Shown: piece after piece, positions 51,401 to 64,000 of the stretch
Layout of the letters: every line of letters starts with the position of its first letter
How positions within the stretch are numbered: the first letter of the stretch is position 1
NCBI GenBank assembly: GCA_964016885.1
Contig: OZ024745.1
Coordinates: 109,368,001 to 109,432,000 of the forward strand
Direction of reading: 5' to 3'
Length of the DNA stretch: 64,000 bases
Source of the DNA: Eledone cirrhosa
Lineage: Eukaryota
The notes under the pieces: model-generated
What the model saw: the letters and a program-made list of their open reading frames with translations, nothing else
What the model was told of the DNA's origin: nothing
The model's database searches: none
Position numbers and translations under genes: made by a program

Positions 51401-54134
51401 ATATATAGTTGATATATATATATAGTTGATATATATATATAGTTGATATATATATAGTTGATATATATATAGTTGATATATATATAGTTGATATATATAT
51501 AGTTGATATATATATAGTTGATATATATAGTTGATATATATAGTTGATATATATATAGTTGATATATATATAGTTGATATATATATAGTTGATATATATA
51601 TAGTTGATATATATAGTTGATATATATATAGTTGATATATATATAGTTGATATATATATAGTTGATATATATATATAGTTGATATATATATAGTTGATAT
51701 ATATAGTTGATATATATATAGTTGATATATATATAGTTGATATATATATAGTTGATATATATATAGTTGATATATATATAGTTGATATATATATAGTTGA
51801 TATATATAGTTGATATATATATAGTTGATATATATAGTTGATATATATATAGTTGATATATATATAGTTGATATATATAGTTGATATATATATAGTTGAT
51901 ATATATATAGTTGATATATATATAGTTGATATATATATAGTTGATATATATATAGTTGATATATATATAGTTGATATATATATAGTTGATATATATAGTT
52001 GATATATATATAGTTGATATATATATAGTTGATATATATATAGTTGATATATATATAGTTGATATATATATAGTTGATATATATATAGTTGATATATATA
52101 GTTGATATATATATAGTTGATATATATATAGTTGATATATATATAGTTGATATATATAGTTGATATATATATAGTTGATATATATAGTTGATATATATAT
52201 AGTTGATATATATAGTTGATATATATATAGTTGATATATATATAGTTGATATATATATAGTTGATATATATATAGTTGATATATATATAGTTGATATATA
52301 TATAGTTGATATATATATAGTTGATATATATATAGTTGATATATATAGTTGATATATATATAGTTGATATATATATATAGTTGATATATATATAGTTGAT
52401 ATATATATAGTTGATATATATAGTTGATATATATAGTTGATATATATATAGTTGATATATATAGTTGATATATATATAGTTGATATATATATAGTTGATA
52501 TATATATAGTTGATATATATATAGTTGATATATATATAGTTGATATATATATAGTTGATATATATATAGTTGATATATATAGTTGATATATATATAGTTG
52601 ATATATATATAGTTGATATATATATAGTTGATATATATATATAGTTGATATATATAGTTGATATATATATAGTTGATATATATATAGTTGATATATATAT
52701 AGTTGATATATATATAGTTGATATATATATAGTTGATATATATATAGTTGATATATATATAGTTGATATATATATAGTTGATATATATATAGTTGATATA
52801 TATATAGTTGATATATATATAGTTGATATATATATAGTTGATATATATATAGTTGATATATATATAGTTGATATATATATAGTTGATATATATATAGTTG
52901 ATATATATAGTTGATATATATATAGTTGATATATATAGTTGATATATATATAGTTGATATATATATAGTTGATATATATAGTTGATATATATATAGTTGA
53001 TATATATATATAGTTGATATATATATAGTTGATATATATAGTTGATATATATATAGTTGATATATATATAGTTGATATATATATAGTTGATATATATATA
53101 GTTGATATATATATAGTTGATATATATATAGTTGATATATATAGTTGATATATATATAGTTGATATATATAGTTGATATATATATAGTTGATATATATAT
53201 AGTTGATATATATAGTTGATATATATATAGTTGATATATATATAGTTGATATATATATAGTTGATATATATATAGTTGATATATATATAGTTGATATATA
53301 TATAGTTGATATATATATAGTTGATATATATATATAGTTGATATATATATAGTTGATATATATATAGTTGATATATATATAGTTGATATATATATAGTTG
53401 ATATATATATAGTTGATATATATATAGTTGATATATATATAGTTGATATATATATAGTTGATATATATAGTTGATATATATATAGTTGATATATATATAG
53501 TTGATATATATATAGTTGATATATATAGTTGATATATATATAGTTGATATATATATAGTTGATATATATATAGTTGATATATATAGTTGATATATATATA
53601 GTTGATATATATATAGTTGATATATATATAGTTGATATATATATAGTTGATATATATATAGTTGATATATATATAGTTGATATATATATAGTTGATATAT
53701 ATATAGTTGATATATATAGTTGATATATATATAGTTGATATATATATATAGTTGATATATATATAGTTGATATATATATAGTTGATATATATATAGTTGA
53801 TATATATATATAGTTGATATATATATAGTTGATATATATAGTTGATATATATATAGTTGATATATATATAGTTGATATATATATAGTTGATATATATAGT
53901 TGATATATATATAGTTGATATATATATAGTTGATATATATATAGTTGATATATATAGTTGATATATATATAGTTGATATATATAGTTGATATATATATAG
54001 TTGATATATATATAGTTGATATATATATAGTTGATATATATATAGTTGATATATATATAGTTGATATATATATAGTTGATATATATATAGTTGATATATA
54101 TATAGTTGATATATATAGTTGATATATATATATA
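48439..54134. repeat. 5.7-kb satellite of AGTTG(AT)3-6 units (11/13/15/17 bp)
   Basis: Direct reading; roughly 400 units with very few substitutions. Confidence 0.97.
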
Positions 54135-54135
54135 T

Positions 54136-54580
54136 CATCATCATCATCATCCTCGTTTAACGTCCACTTTCCACGCTAGCATGGGTTAGACAGGAGTTGT
54201 CCCACTTGAGGCAAGGCTGGTCGGGTGACAGTGTCTCACTCATATAGGACTATCTGGCAGGTTTTCTACGGCTGGATGCCCTTCATAGCACCAACCACGT
54301 TTACAGTGTGGAACTGGGAACTTTTTACCGTGCTACCAACACGGCCACATTACAGCGTGGACTGTGTGTTTTTTTCTCGTGACACCTACACGATCTCGAT
54401 CTTGATCTCATTTATCTCATTTATTTGGACTGGATGTTGCGGTACCAACTTTATAGAGAGGGGGTGGTGTTGGTAGGAGTGGGAGGATAGGGTAGGGGTA
54501 GTGGATTGGGGTGTATATTTGGTTAAGAGGTGCCTACTGGCTGTAGGTTTCACTTTGTACATAGGCAAGGCGGATCTTCT
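54136..54580 (-). mobile_element. RTE LINE 3'UTR fragment, same family as 2531-3108
   Basis: Colinear homology with 2531-2950. Confidence 0.8.
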
Positions 54581-54603
54581 GTATTACTATATATATATAT
54601 ATA

Positions 54604-54876
54604 TTAGGATTGGTGCTCTGAAATAGCGATGTATACATGAATGTATGTATAAGTATATTTGGTAATATACCGTATGTTTAAATAAAAACATTTAGAAGAC
54701 CATACACTATCAGTTTTAAAGTAGTGACTATGTCACTTCTTTTCTTCAGCAAAAGAAGGGAGAGAAGCTAACAAACAGTCTGTTTCACGCTGTTGGCGAT
54801 CATCATACTTACATTTAAGTAAGTGCCATACTAAGAGTGAGAAATGAAATTTCGTTTTCATTTTATTACAACTTAT
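54604..54876 (+). mobile_element. TA-flanked element family F (inverted arm ending in HHR core, plus tail)
   Basis: Minus strand 54773-54805: TGATGA-TCGC caaca GCGT-GAAA-CAGACTG-T-T; tail 54804-54876 recurs at 55266-55338 before (TA)n. Confidence 0.65.
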
Positions 54877-54991
54877 CGTTCTCGGTACGCCTGGCCGAAC
54901 TCACTCGATATGCAAATTAGGCTGCTCAGCCGTTAATTTTCATAAGGAAAGTATATACTTTCGAACGTTCAACCATCTGGCAGAAGGGTAT

Positions 54992-55034
54992 ACGGTGCTG
55001 ATGATAGCTAACAAGCTTGAAACTAGTACATCGT
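54992..55034 (+). ncRNA. Type I minimal hammerhead ribozyme motif, intact core (43 nt)
   Basis: ACGGTG-CTGATGA(54998-55004)-TAGC taacaa GCTT-GAAA(55019-55022)-CTAG-T-A-CATCGT; stem III palindrome ACTAGT; GUA site. Confidence 0.85.
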
Positions 55035-55185
55035 TCCTGTGTCAGTGTTGAACAAAAAGGTGACGTGGTTGCATTAACACCGTACGGCATAAATTCAGGC
55101 TGTTCAGTTTGTTTACAAACGAACAAAGCGGGCGTTATAATAAGCGTCCGCTAAACTGATACGTACATATATGTATGTGTACCTG

Positions 55186-55221
<36 letters not shown>

Positions 55222-55335
55222 TGCTACTGTACGTCTGTATACATATATGTATGTACGTACACATACATACTTACATTTAAGTAAGTGCCGTACTAAGAGT
55301 GAGAAATGAAATTTCGTTTTCATTTTATTACAACT

Positions 55336-55391
<56 letters not shown>

Positions 55392-55716
55392 CATACATAT
55401 ATATATATATACATATATATATATATGATGATGATGATGATATATATATATCATATATATATATATAAAAGTATATATATATATATATAAATATTTATTA
55501 ATATATGAAATTTCTATGAAGAAATTGTAAACAATTGTTTGATAATATTTTTATGTGTTTAATAAAATTTGTTCATTTTTAAGTGGATAAATAACATTAA
55601 AGTGATATCACATGTATGACATTTCACAATAAAAACAATATAACGAACAATAAATACCACAAAAAGAAAATAAACAAACATAGAAAGAAAGTAATAAATA
55701 AGTGAATAATAATAAC

Positions 55717-56070
55717 AGTTTCTACTTTTGGCACAAGGCCAGCTATTACCTCGGTGCATTACTGGTACTTTATTTTATTAACCCTGTAAGGATGAAAGGC
55801 AAAGTTAACCTCGGCTCAATTTGAACTCAGAACGTAAAGGACCATAACTCTATGCTGTAAAGCATGGTGTCTGACGCTCTACCGATGCTGCCAATTTACT
55901 ATAATAATAGTAATAATAATTGTTTCTACTTTAGGCACAAGGCCAGCAATTACCCAGTTCATTACTGGTACTTTATTTTATCGACCCCGTAAGGATGAAA
56001 GGCAAAGTAAACCTCGGCGGGATTTGAACTCAGACCATAAAGGGCCGTAACTCGATGCTGCCAATCCACT
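55717..56070 (-). mobile_element. Two tandem S2 SINE copies (55717-55895; 55921-56070)
   Basis: Same B box, central block and tail as other S2 copies; (TAA)n between them. Confidence 0.85.
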
Positions 56071-56087
56071 GCCCTTAGTAATAGTAA

Positions 56088-56436
56088 TCATCATCATTTT
56101 CATCATTTCATTTTACGTCCACTTTTCCCTGCTTGCAAGGGTGGGACGGGAACTGATTCTGGCTTGATTTCTACAGCTGGATTCCCTTCCTAACACCAAC
56201 CTCATTTACAGTGAGTGCTGGGTGCTTTTTTTTTGCCGTGGCACCTCCACGACCACTTTACAGTGGAATGATAGGGACCCCAGTCCCTATCATCTCATTT
56301 CTACAGCTGAGTAAACTGGAGCAATGTGAAATAAAGTGTCTTGCTCAAGGAAACAACACATCGCCCGGTGTGAGAATTGAACTCACAACCTTTCGATTGC
56401 AAGGCCAATGCTCTAACCACTAAGCCATGTGCCTCC
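56088..56436 (-). mobile_element. SINE family S1, full length
   Basis: Near-identical to other S1 copies. Confidence 0.9.
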
Positions 56437-56820
56437 ACTAGTAATAATAATAATAGAATGTCACCTTTTGTTGCAGCAATCAAAAGTCAAAATGGTTATA
56501 AGTTACTGCAGCATGAAACCTTCCAACTGAACCCACTCACTCCACCCAACCTATCTCTCTTTCTCTTTCACAATGTCAACTTTTGGTCTCTGTCTTTGAG
56601 TGATGGTAAATAAGTTTGGCAACATGTGACATTTCTGCCCACATTATTGTGTTATGCTATTCAGTTCAAAGCAACAATGAAAAGCTCTATGTCTCTTCTG
56701 TGTCACTCTAAGTTTTCTTTTTCTTTTGCTTTTTGTTTGTCTATTTATTTCCTCTTCACCCTCCCCTCTCTTCTGTGACACCAGAGCTCTTGCCATCCCC
56801 TCCCTTTCCCGTTTTTTTTT

Positions 56821-56868
<48 letters not shown>

Positions 56869-57323
56869 ATTTCCCTATGCTTTCTTTCCTTTTGTTTCCC
56901 CTTTTTTTTTACTTCCATATTTCCCTATGCTTTCTTTCCTTTTGTTTCCCCTTTTTTTTTTACTTCTATATTTCCCTTCTATCTTTCTTTCCTTTTGTTT
57001 CTCCCCGTTTTCTTTTTGATAATTTTTCTTACTAAATAAGGTTTATTTTTTGCTTTTGAATAAATTCATTTATTAGGTGATTTATTTATTTATTTATTTT
57101 TACTTTTTTCTTGCTGCTGTACTGCTCTGGTGTCTACAGGACACTTACAATAAAAACACACCAACAAACATACACATATTCTTCTTACTTTACAGCATGA
57201 ATCTGGTCACATTTTTATATTTACTTTGATTTATTATTGTATTTTGTTCTTTGTTTTTTTTTTTGTTTTGGTTTTTAGAAATTTGTTATTTAATTTTTCT
57301 TTCTTTCCTTTCCATTTTCATAA

Positions 57324-57525
57324 TTCTTCTTCTTCGCCTTCTTCTTCTTCTTCTTCTTCTTCTTCTTCTTCTTCTTCTTCTTCTTCTTCTTCACCTTCTT
57401 CTTCTTCACCTTCTTCTTCTTCACCTTCTTCTTCTTCTTCTTCTTCTTCTTCTTCTTCTTCTTCTTCTTCTTCTTCTTCTTCTTCTTTGCCTTCTTCATC
57501 TCCTCCTCCTCCACCTTCTTCTTCA
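57324..57525. repeat. (TTC)n microsatellite
   Basis: Direct reading. Confidence 0.95.
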
Positions 57526-57659
57526 CCTTATTTTCTGCCACTTTTCCTTCTATCTCCTCTACATTCCTCTGACTGACATCCTGCCCCCCCCCCCCCCCCC
57601 CCCGCTACTGCAACTACCACCATAACCCAGTCCCACCGCCACGACCAGTAATCACCAAC

Positions 57660-59270
57660 AATTGCTTCACACCACCACCATCTACCAGCACCAACACCTC
57701 CACCATCCTCTACCATCTACCAACACCACCACCACCCTTTACCATCTACCAACACCACCATCTACCATCTACCAACACCACCACCACCATCTACCATCTA
57801 CCAACACCACCCTTTACCATCTACCAACACCAACACCACCACGACCATCTACCAACACCACCACCACCACTCTATACCATCTACCAAGACCACCACCACC
57901 ATCTACCAAAACCAACACCACCACCATCCTCTACAATCTACCAACACCACCACTACCACCATCCTCTACCATCTACCAACACCACCACCACCACGCTTTA
58001 CCATCTACCAAGACCAACACCACCACCACCCTCTACCATCTACCAAAACCCACACCACCACCACCATCTACCAAAACCACCACCACCCGTTACCATCTAC
58101 CAAGACCAACACCACCACCACCAACATCACTACCAACAACACCCACCACTTCTACTACCACTATCCATCACCACCATCACCACCACTATCCACCACCAAA
58201 AATAACAACACCCACCCCCACCACTACTATCCACCACCACCAATACCACCACCACCACCAACAACACCATCCAACTCCACCACCTACACAACACCATCAC
58301 CAGTACCACCACCACCACCACTATCTACCAACACCTCCCCCCACTGTCTACCACACCACTACCATTACCCCACCACCACCACCTACACGACACCATCACC
58401 AGTACCACCACCACCACCACTACTACCAACACCTCCCCCCACTGTCTACCCCACCACCAGCTCCCCCACCCCACCACTACCCCCGCCCCCACCTCCACCA
58501 CCCACACAACACCATCACCAGTACCACCACCACCACCACCACCACTATCTACCAACACCTCTCCCCACTGTCTACCCCCACTACCCCACCCCCACCGCCA
58601 CCACCTACACGACACCATCACCAGTACCACCACCACCACCACTATCTACCAACACCTCCCCCTACTGTCTACCCCCCACATGCTCCCCCACCGCCACCAC
58701 CAACACCACTTACACGACACCATCACCAGTACCACCACCACCACCACTATCTACCAACACCTCCCTTACTGTCTACCCCACCACAGGCTACCCCCAGCGC
58801 CACCACCTACACGACACCATCACCAGTACCAATGCAGCACCAGCACACAGACAGATATCTTGGAACTTTAGGCAAGGAAGCTGATCTTCCGAGAAATGTG
58901 TAACATCGGGTGTGTTAGTAACCGGGTTACTTTATAATGTTGGATAGGCTGAGGGTGAGAGGGGGTGGTGGTGGCGGTAGATTGTGGTGGTGGGGGGGTT
59001 GGTGGTGGTGGTGGTGGTGGTGGTGGTAGGGTTCGCAGTGGTGGTAGTAGATTGTGGTGGGGGGGGGGGGGTAGATTGTGGTGGTGGGGGGTTAGTGGTG
59101 GTGTTGGTGGTGGTGGTGGTGGTGGTGGTAGGGTTCGCAGTGGTGGTAGTGGGTGGGGGCTGGTGTTGGTATTGGTGGTAGTGTTGTTGTTGGTGGTGGT
59201 GGTGTTGGTGGCGGTAGCGGTGGTCATAGTGGTGGTGGTGGGTGTGTGCTGCTGCTGCTGCTGCTGGGTG
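57660..59270. repeat. C-rich (CAC/CCATCTA) tract followed by G-rich (GGT) tract
   Basis: 57660-58830 CAC-based degenerate repeats; 58960-59270 GGT-based. Confidence 0.9.
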
Positions 59271-59607
59271 GCAGTACTATGGAGAGGGACGGAGGGGGGT
59301 TAGATGGCAGAGAGATGCAGAAAGGAAGTCTGCATGGCTGGTATGTTGGGTAAGGAATTGACAAGGGTAGAGAGATAGAGATATATATATAGAGATAGAG
59401 AGAGAGGGGGAGATAGAGAGGGGGAGAGGGGGTTGTAGAAGAGGAATAGGTGTATGTGGATGCTGCATACCTGGGTGTATATGTGTGTATACAGGTATGT
59501 GACTATGGTAATGACAGGGAGAGATAGAAGGTATGGTTGTAGTGGTGATGTGTGTGGTGTGGTGTGTTTGGAAGTAGTCAGATAGCTTAGAGAAATTCAC
59601 CAAGCTG

Positions 59608-61757
59608 CTGGTGAATATATGTGTGTATATATGTATGTATATCTTGGTGAATATATGTGTGTATATATGTGTGTATATATGTGTGAATATGTGTGAATAT
59701 GTGTGTATGCATGTATATCTTGGTGAATATATGTGTGTATCTTGGTGAATATATGTGTGTATATATGTGTGTGTATATATGTGTGAATATAGGTGTGTAT
59801 ATATGTATGTGTATATATGTGTGAATATATGTGTGTATATATGTGTGTATCTTGGTGAATATATGTGTGTATATATGTGTGTATCTTGGTGAATATATGT
59901 GTGTATATATGTATGTATATCTTGGTGAATATATGTGTGTATATATGTGTGTATATATGTATGTATAACTTGGAGAATATATGTGTGTATATATGTATGT
60001 ATATCTTGGTGAATATATGTGTGTATATATGTGTGTATCTTGGTGAATATATGTGTATATATATGTGTGTGTATATATGTGTGAATATATGTGTGTATAT
60101 ATGTCTGTATATCTTGGTGAAGATATATGTGTATATATGTATGTATATCTTGGTGAATATATGTGTGTATGTATGTGTGTATATATGTGTGAATATATGT
60201 GTGTGTATATGTATGTATATCTTGGTGAATATATGTGTGTATCTTGGTGAATATATGTGTGTATATATGTGTGTATCTTGGTGAATATATGTGTGTATAT
60301 ATGTATGTATATCTTGGTGAATATATGTGTGTATGTATGTGTGTATATATGTGTGAATATATGTGTGTGTATATGTATGTATATCTTGGTGAATATATGT
60401 GTGTATATATGTGTGTGTATATATGTGTGACTATATGTGTGTATATATGTATGTATATCTTGGTGAATATATGTGTGTATATATGTGTGTATCTTGGTGA
60501 ATATATGTGTGTATATATGTGTGTATTTTGGTGAATATATGTATGTATATCTTGGTGAATATATGTGTGTATATATATGTATATCTTGGTGAATATATGT
60601 GTGTATATATGTGTGTGTATATATGTGTGAATATATGTGTGTATATATGTGTGTATCTTGGTGAATATATGTGTGTATATATGTATGTATATCTTGGTGA
60701 ATATGTGTGTATGTATGTGTGTATCTTGGTGAATATATGTGTGTATATATGTATGTATATCTTGGTGAATATATGTGTGTATATATGTGTGTGTATATAT
60801 GTGTGAATATATGTGTGTATATATGTGTGTATATATGTGTGCATCTTGGTGAATATATGTGTGTATGTATGTGTGTATATATGTATATCTTGGTGAATAT
60901 ATGTGTGTATATATATGTGTGTATATATGTGTGTATCTTGGTGAATATATGTGTGTATGTATGTATATCTTGGTGAATATATGTGTGTATGTATGTATGT
61001 ATATCTTGGTGAATATATGTGTGTATATATAAGTATATCTTGGTTAATATATGTGTGTATATATGTATGTATATCTTGGTGAATATATGTGTGTATATAT
61101 GTGTGTATCTTGGTGAATATATGTGTGTATATATGTATGTATATCTTGGTGAATATATGTGTGTATGTATGTGTGTATATCTTGGTGAATATATGTGTGT
61201 ATGTATGTGTGTATATATGTGTGAATATATGTGTGTATGTATGTATGTATGTGTGTATATATGAGTGAATATATGTGTGTATATATGTGTGTATCTTGGT
61301 GAATATATGTGTGTATGTATGTATGTATGTGTGTATATATGAGTGAATATATGTGTGTATATATGTGTGTATCTTGGTGAATATATGTGTGTATATATGT
61401 GTGTATCTTGGTGAATATATGTGTGTATGTATGTGTGTATCTTGGTGAATACATGTGTGTATGTATGTATGTATAACTTGGTGAATATATGTGTGTATGT
61501 ATGTGTGTATCTTGGTTTAATATATGTGTGTATATATGTGTGTATATATGTGTGAATATATGTGTGTATATATGTGTGTATCTTGGTGAATATATGTGTG
61601 TATGTATGTATATCTTGGTGAATATATGTGTATGTATGTGTGTATATATGTTTGAATATATGTGTGTATATATGTGTGTATATATGTATGAATATATGTG
61701 TGTATATATGTGTGTATATATGTATGAATATATGTGTGTATATATGTGTGTATCTAT
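59608..61757. repeat. CTTGGTGAATATATGTGTGTAT(AT/GT)n satellite
   Basis: Recurring CTTGGTGAA anchor within TG/TA dinucleotides. Confidence 0.95.
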
Positions 61758-62192
61758 GAATATTTCCCTAGCGAGTGTGTAGGTAATGATGTGACAAGAG
61801 CATATTTGGTTGTGGATATAGTAGAGGTGGCTGTGGTAGTAGTCGGATAGGGTAGGGAAATTCTGAGAGCTGTTATATACCCCAGGAAGAAATATGTGTG
61901 TATATATGCATGTGTGTCTCTGTGTATATGTGTGTGTCGCTATATAAATAAGGAAAGGAATGGGTAAATATAACTGTGGTGTTGGTGTTGGTGTTGGTGG
62001 TAGTGGTAGTGGCAGTAATGGTTGTATAGGTGAAAGGAGTCACGGCTATGCTGTAAAGCTTGATACATTTGTTAGGTAGGACTGCATGTATTTGTGGGTG
62101 GGAGTGTAGATAATAAAGGGTAGATGTAGCTGAAGTGGTGGGAATAGACGTGGATAGAATACTGCAAAAGATTTGAGCCTAGCTATATATAT

Positions 62193-62640
62193 AGGGTCTT
62201 TGCATAACCATCTGTCAGTCGTTCAGTTGACCTTTTTGGTCCAGATCAAAGTTTTTCTCATCAGAGAAAATTCAACGCATTCCAAGCTCTTGATGTTTTT
62301 ACCTGCCCAACAAGCACTTTGACTGGACAGGACAGTTTTCTTTTTTCTCTGCAGACATGAATTGGCCTCTCTGCATCACATATGACTTGTATTGAATGTC
62401 CTCAAGTTCAATTTTTCTGATAGTATGCTTTGAAACCTTGAGCTCCTTAGCAATGGCACTAACTGACTTTCTGGATTTCTTATTGATAATTTTCTGCATC
62501 TTTCATACATTTTGGGTGTTCTGATTGTATTAAGGCCCTTAGCAGGCATTTTACATTTGGCTACTGTTGTAGAGCCCCATCAGTGGTTTCCAGCTCTTTA
62601 TGAACTTTGACAGCAAACGTCTGTGCTGTGAAAGCAAGCA
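62193..62640 (-). mobile_element. Tc1/mariner transposase relic
   Basis: ORF 62299..62499(-) RKSVSAIAKELKVSKHTIRKI..EDIQYKSY (HTH), followed by IFSDEKNF (first catalytic D motif). Confidence 0.8.
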
Positions 62641-62645
62641 AATCA

Positions 62646-62884
62646 TAGAGTAATGGAAGATACCTGATAGAGTAGTGGAAGATAGCTGATGGAGTAATGG
62701 AAGATAGCTGATAGAGTAATGGAAGATAGCTGATGGAGTAATGGAAGATAGCTGATAGAGTAATGGAAGATATCAGGAGTAATGGAAGATATCTGATGGA
62801 GTAATGGAAGATATCTGATGGAGTAATGGAAGATATCTGATTGAATAATGGAAGATATCTGATGGAATAATGGAAGATATCTGC
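62646..62884. repeat. 22-bp minisatellite, about 11 units
   Basis: GGAGTAATGGAAGATA(G/T)CTGAT tandem. Confidence 0.92.
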
Positions 62885-63099
62885 AGTGATAGAATGGGGA
62901 AGGGTGGAATGGAGTAGTGTAGTGATGAAGGATGGAGAGTGGAATATGAAATGACTGACTCACATCAGTCCGTCTATGAGAGATGATGGTGTAGCATCCA
63001 GAAATGTGTTCATCTGCACTTTTGTGAATGACTGAATAGTCCAATATACAAATGGCTGTCCCTACTGCATTTGTGGCAGATAAATGATGATACCTGTTA

Positions 63100-63365
63100 A
63101 GGCTGTTGTTGTCGATCCTTCCTTCTTGCGCTTTTGTCAGCAAGGTCCCTGTTCCTTATATGCTCTGCAGTCTGTACACCCTTTCTGACAATGAGGGACC
63201 AAGCTGCAATGTCAACTGTGCACCATTACCAGGGTTTGATGTTAATGTTGCACAGTTTCATGTCTTTCTTTTCAGACATCTTTGTAGCGTAGGCATGGCC
63301 ATCCTACTAATTCTGAAGCCTCAGTCAGTTCACCATACAATATGTCTTCAGACCTGTCAACTCTC
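63100..63365 (-). mobile_element. RTE (BovB-like) ORF2 C-terminal relic
   Basis: Manual translation EDILYGELTEASELVGWPCLRYKDV matches the lLYGEL...GrP.lRykD motif. Confidence 0.65.
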
Positions 63366-64000
63366 CCCATTCGACGGGGAGATCTCCTTCCCACTTTGGG
63401 GTGGGTGAGAAATATCTTCACTTGTGAAAATGGGTATAGCTTTCATTATGTAAAATCTCCCCATTTTGCCTCATTTCTCCCCGTTTTGGGGCACTTTTTT
63501 TCATGGTACTCCCTATTTAGGGTTTTAGAGGTTGGCAGGCCTATGTCTTTGTGAAATGATAGTGATGGAAAACAGAAAGACGTAACAGTAAAAGTGGAAT
63601 TTGAAATAATAGAAAGTCTATATTAAACAGTGTGTAATTTCCATGATGTTGTTATTGTTGTTTAACACCAGGTCAGCCTTGATTGAGTAGATCTATGTTC
63701 CAAGAAAACTCTGTTTACCTACGACTGTTTTATCTAAAACAGTTCCAAGGGTGTAATTTGATGGATATTTGATGGAGATTTGACTGCTATTTCATGTAGG
63801 TCAAGCACCCACAAAGACATTCCCTCCTTGGAGACTGGCTTATGCTGGCAATTTCTATAAGAAGTGAGGAGTGGCATGACTTACTTCTCCTTCAACGTTA
63901 GAGAGTAGATAGAAGTCTGTGGGGGAAAGTATTTTTTTCTTTTATTTCCTCACTGCCATCTTGTCACTACCCCCTTTGAGGGACAGGAGAGAGGTTAGTG

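Noticed and set aside
48421-54150. 1909-aa ORF
   Set aside because: Translation of the AGTTG(AT)n satellite; that strand lacks stop codons for compositional reasons.
57226-59353. His/Pro/Thr-rich 413-aa ORF and neighbours (mucin/extensin-like)
   Set aside because: Low-complexity trinucleotide DNA open in several frames and both strands; no splice or domain support.

Overview
AT-rich, repeat-dominated eukaryotic DNA. The SINE, LINE and microsatellite repertoire looks like an octopus/cephalopod genome (recognised from memory, not from a search). No intact protein-coding gene is supported, and all long ORFs in the track are simple-repeat artefacts. The window holds two abundant tRNA-derived SINE families, decayed LINE fragments (RTE, CR1, CRE-type RLE, Tx1/L1-like), DNA-transposon relics (hAT, Tc1/mariner, TTAA MITEs, Helitron-like) and several mini/microsatellites. 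The main unexplained structure is a set of roughly ten unrelated, short, ORF-less elements sitting in or next to (TA)n tracts. They carry type I minimal hammerhead ribozyme (HHR) motifs, mostly with family-specific palindromes in stem/loop III. Many share a (TA)n-inverted arm-arm+tail-(TA)n layout whose inversion junctions repeatedly fall inside the ribozyme. This suggests a radiation of non-autonomous Penelope-like/retrozyme-like elements that target TA microsatellites. Weaker evidence points to decayed LRR-receptor exons scattered on the minus strand. All folds and translations were done by eye.
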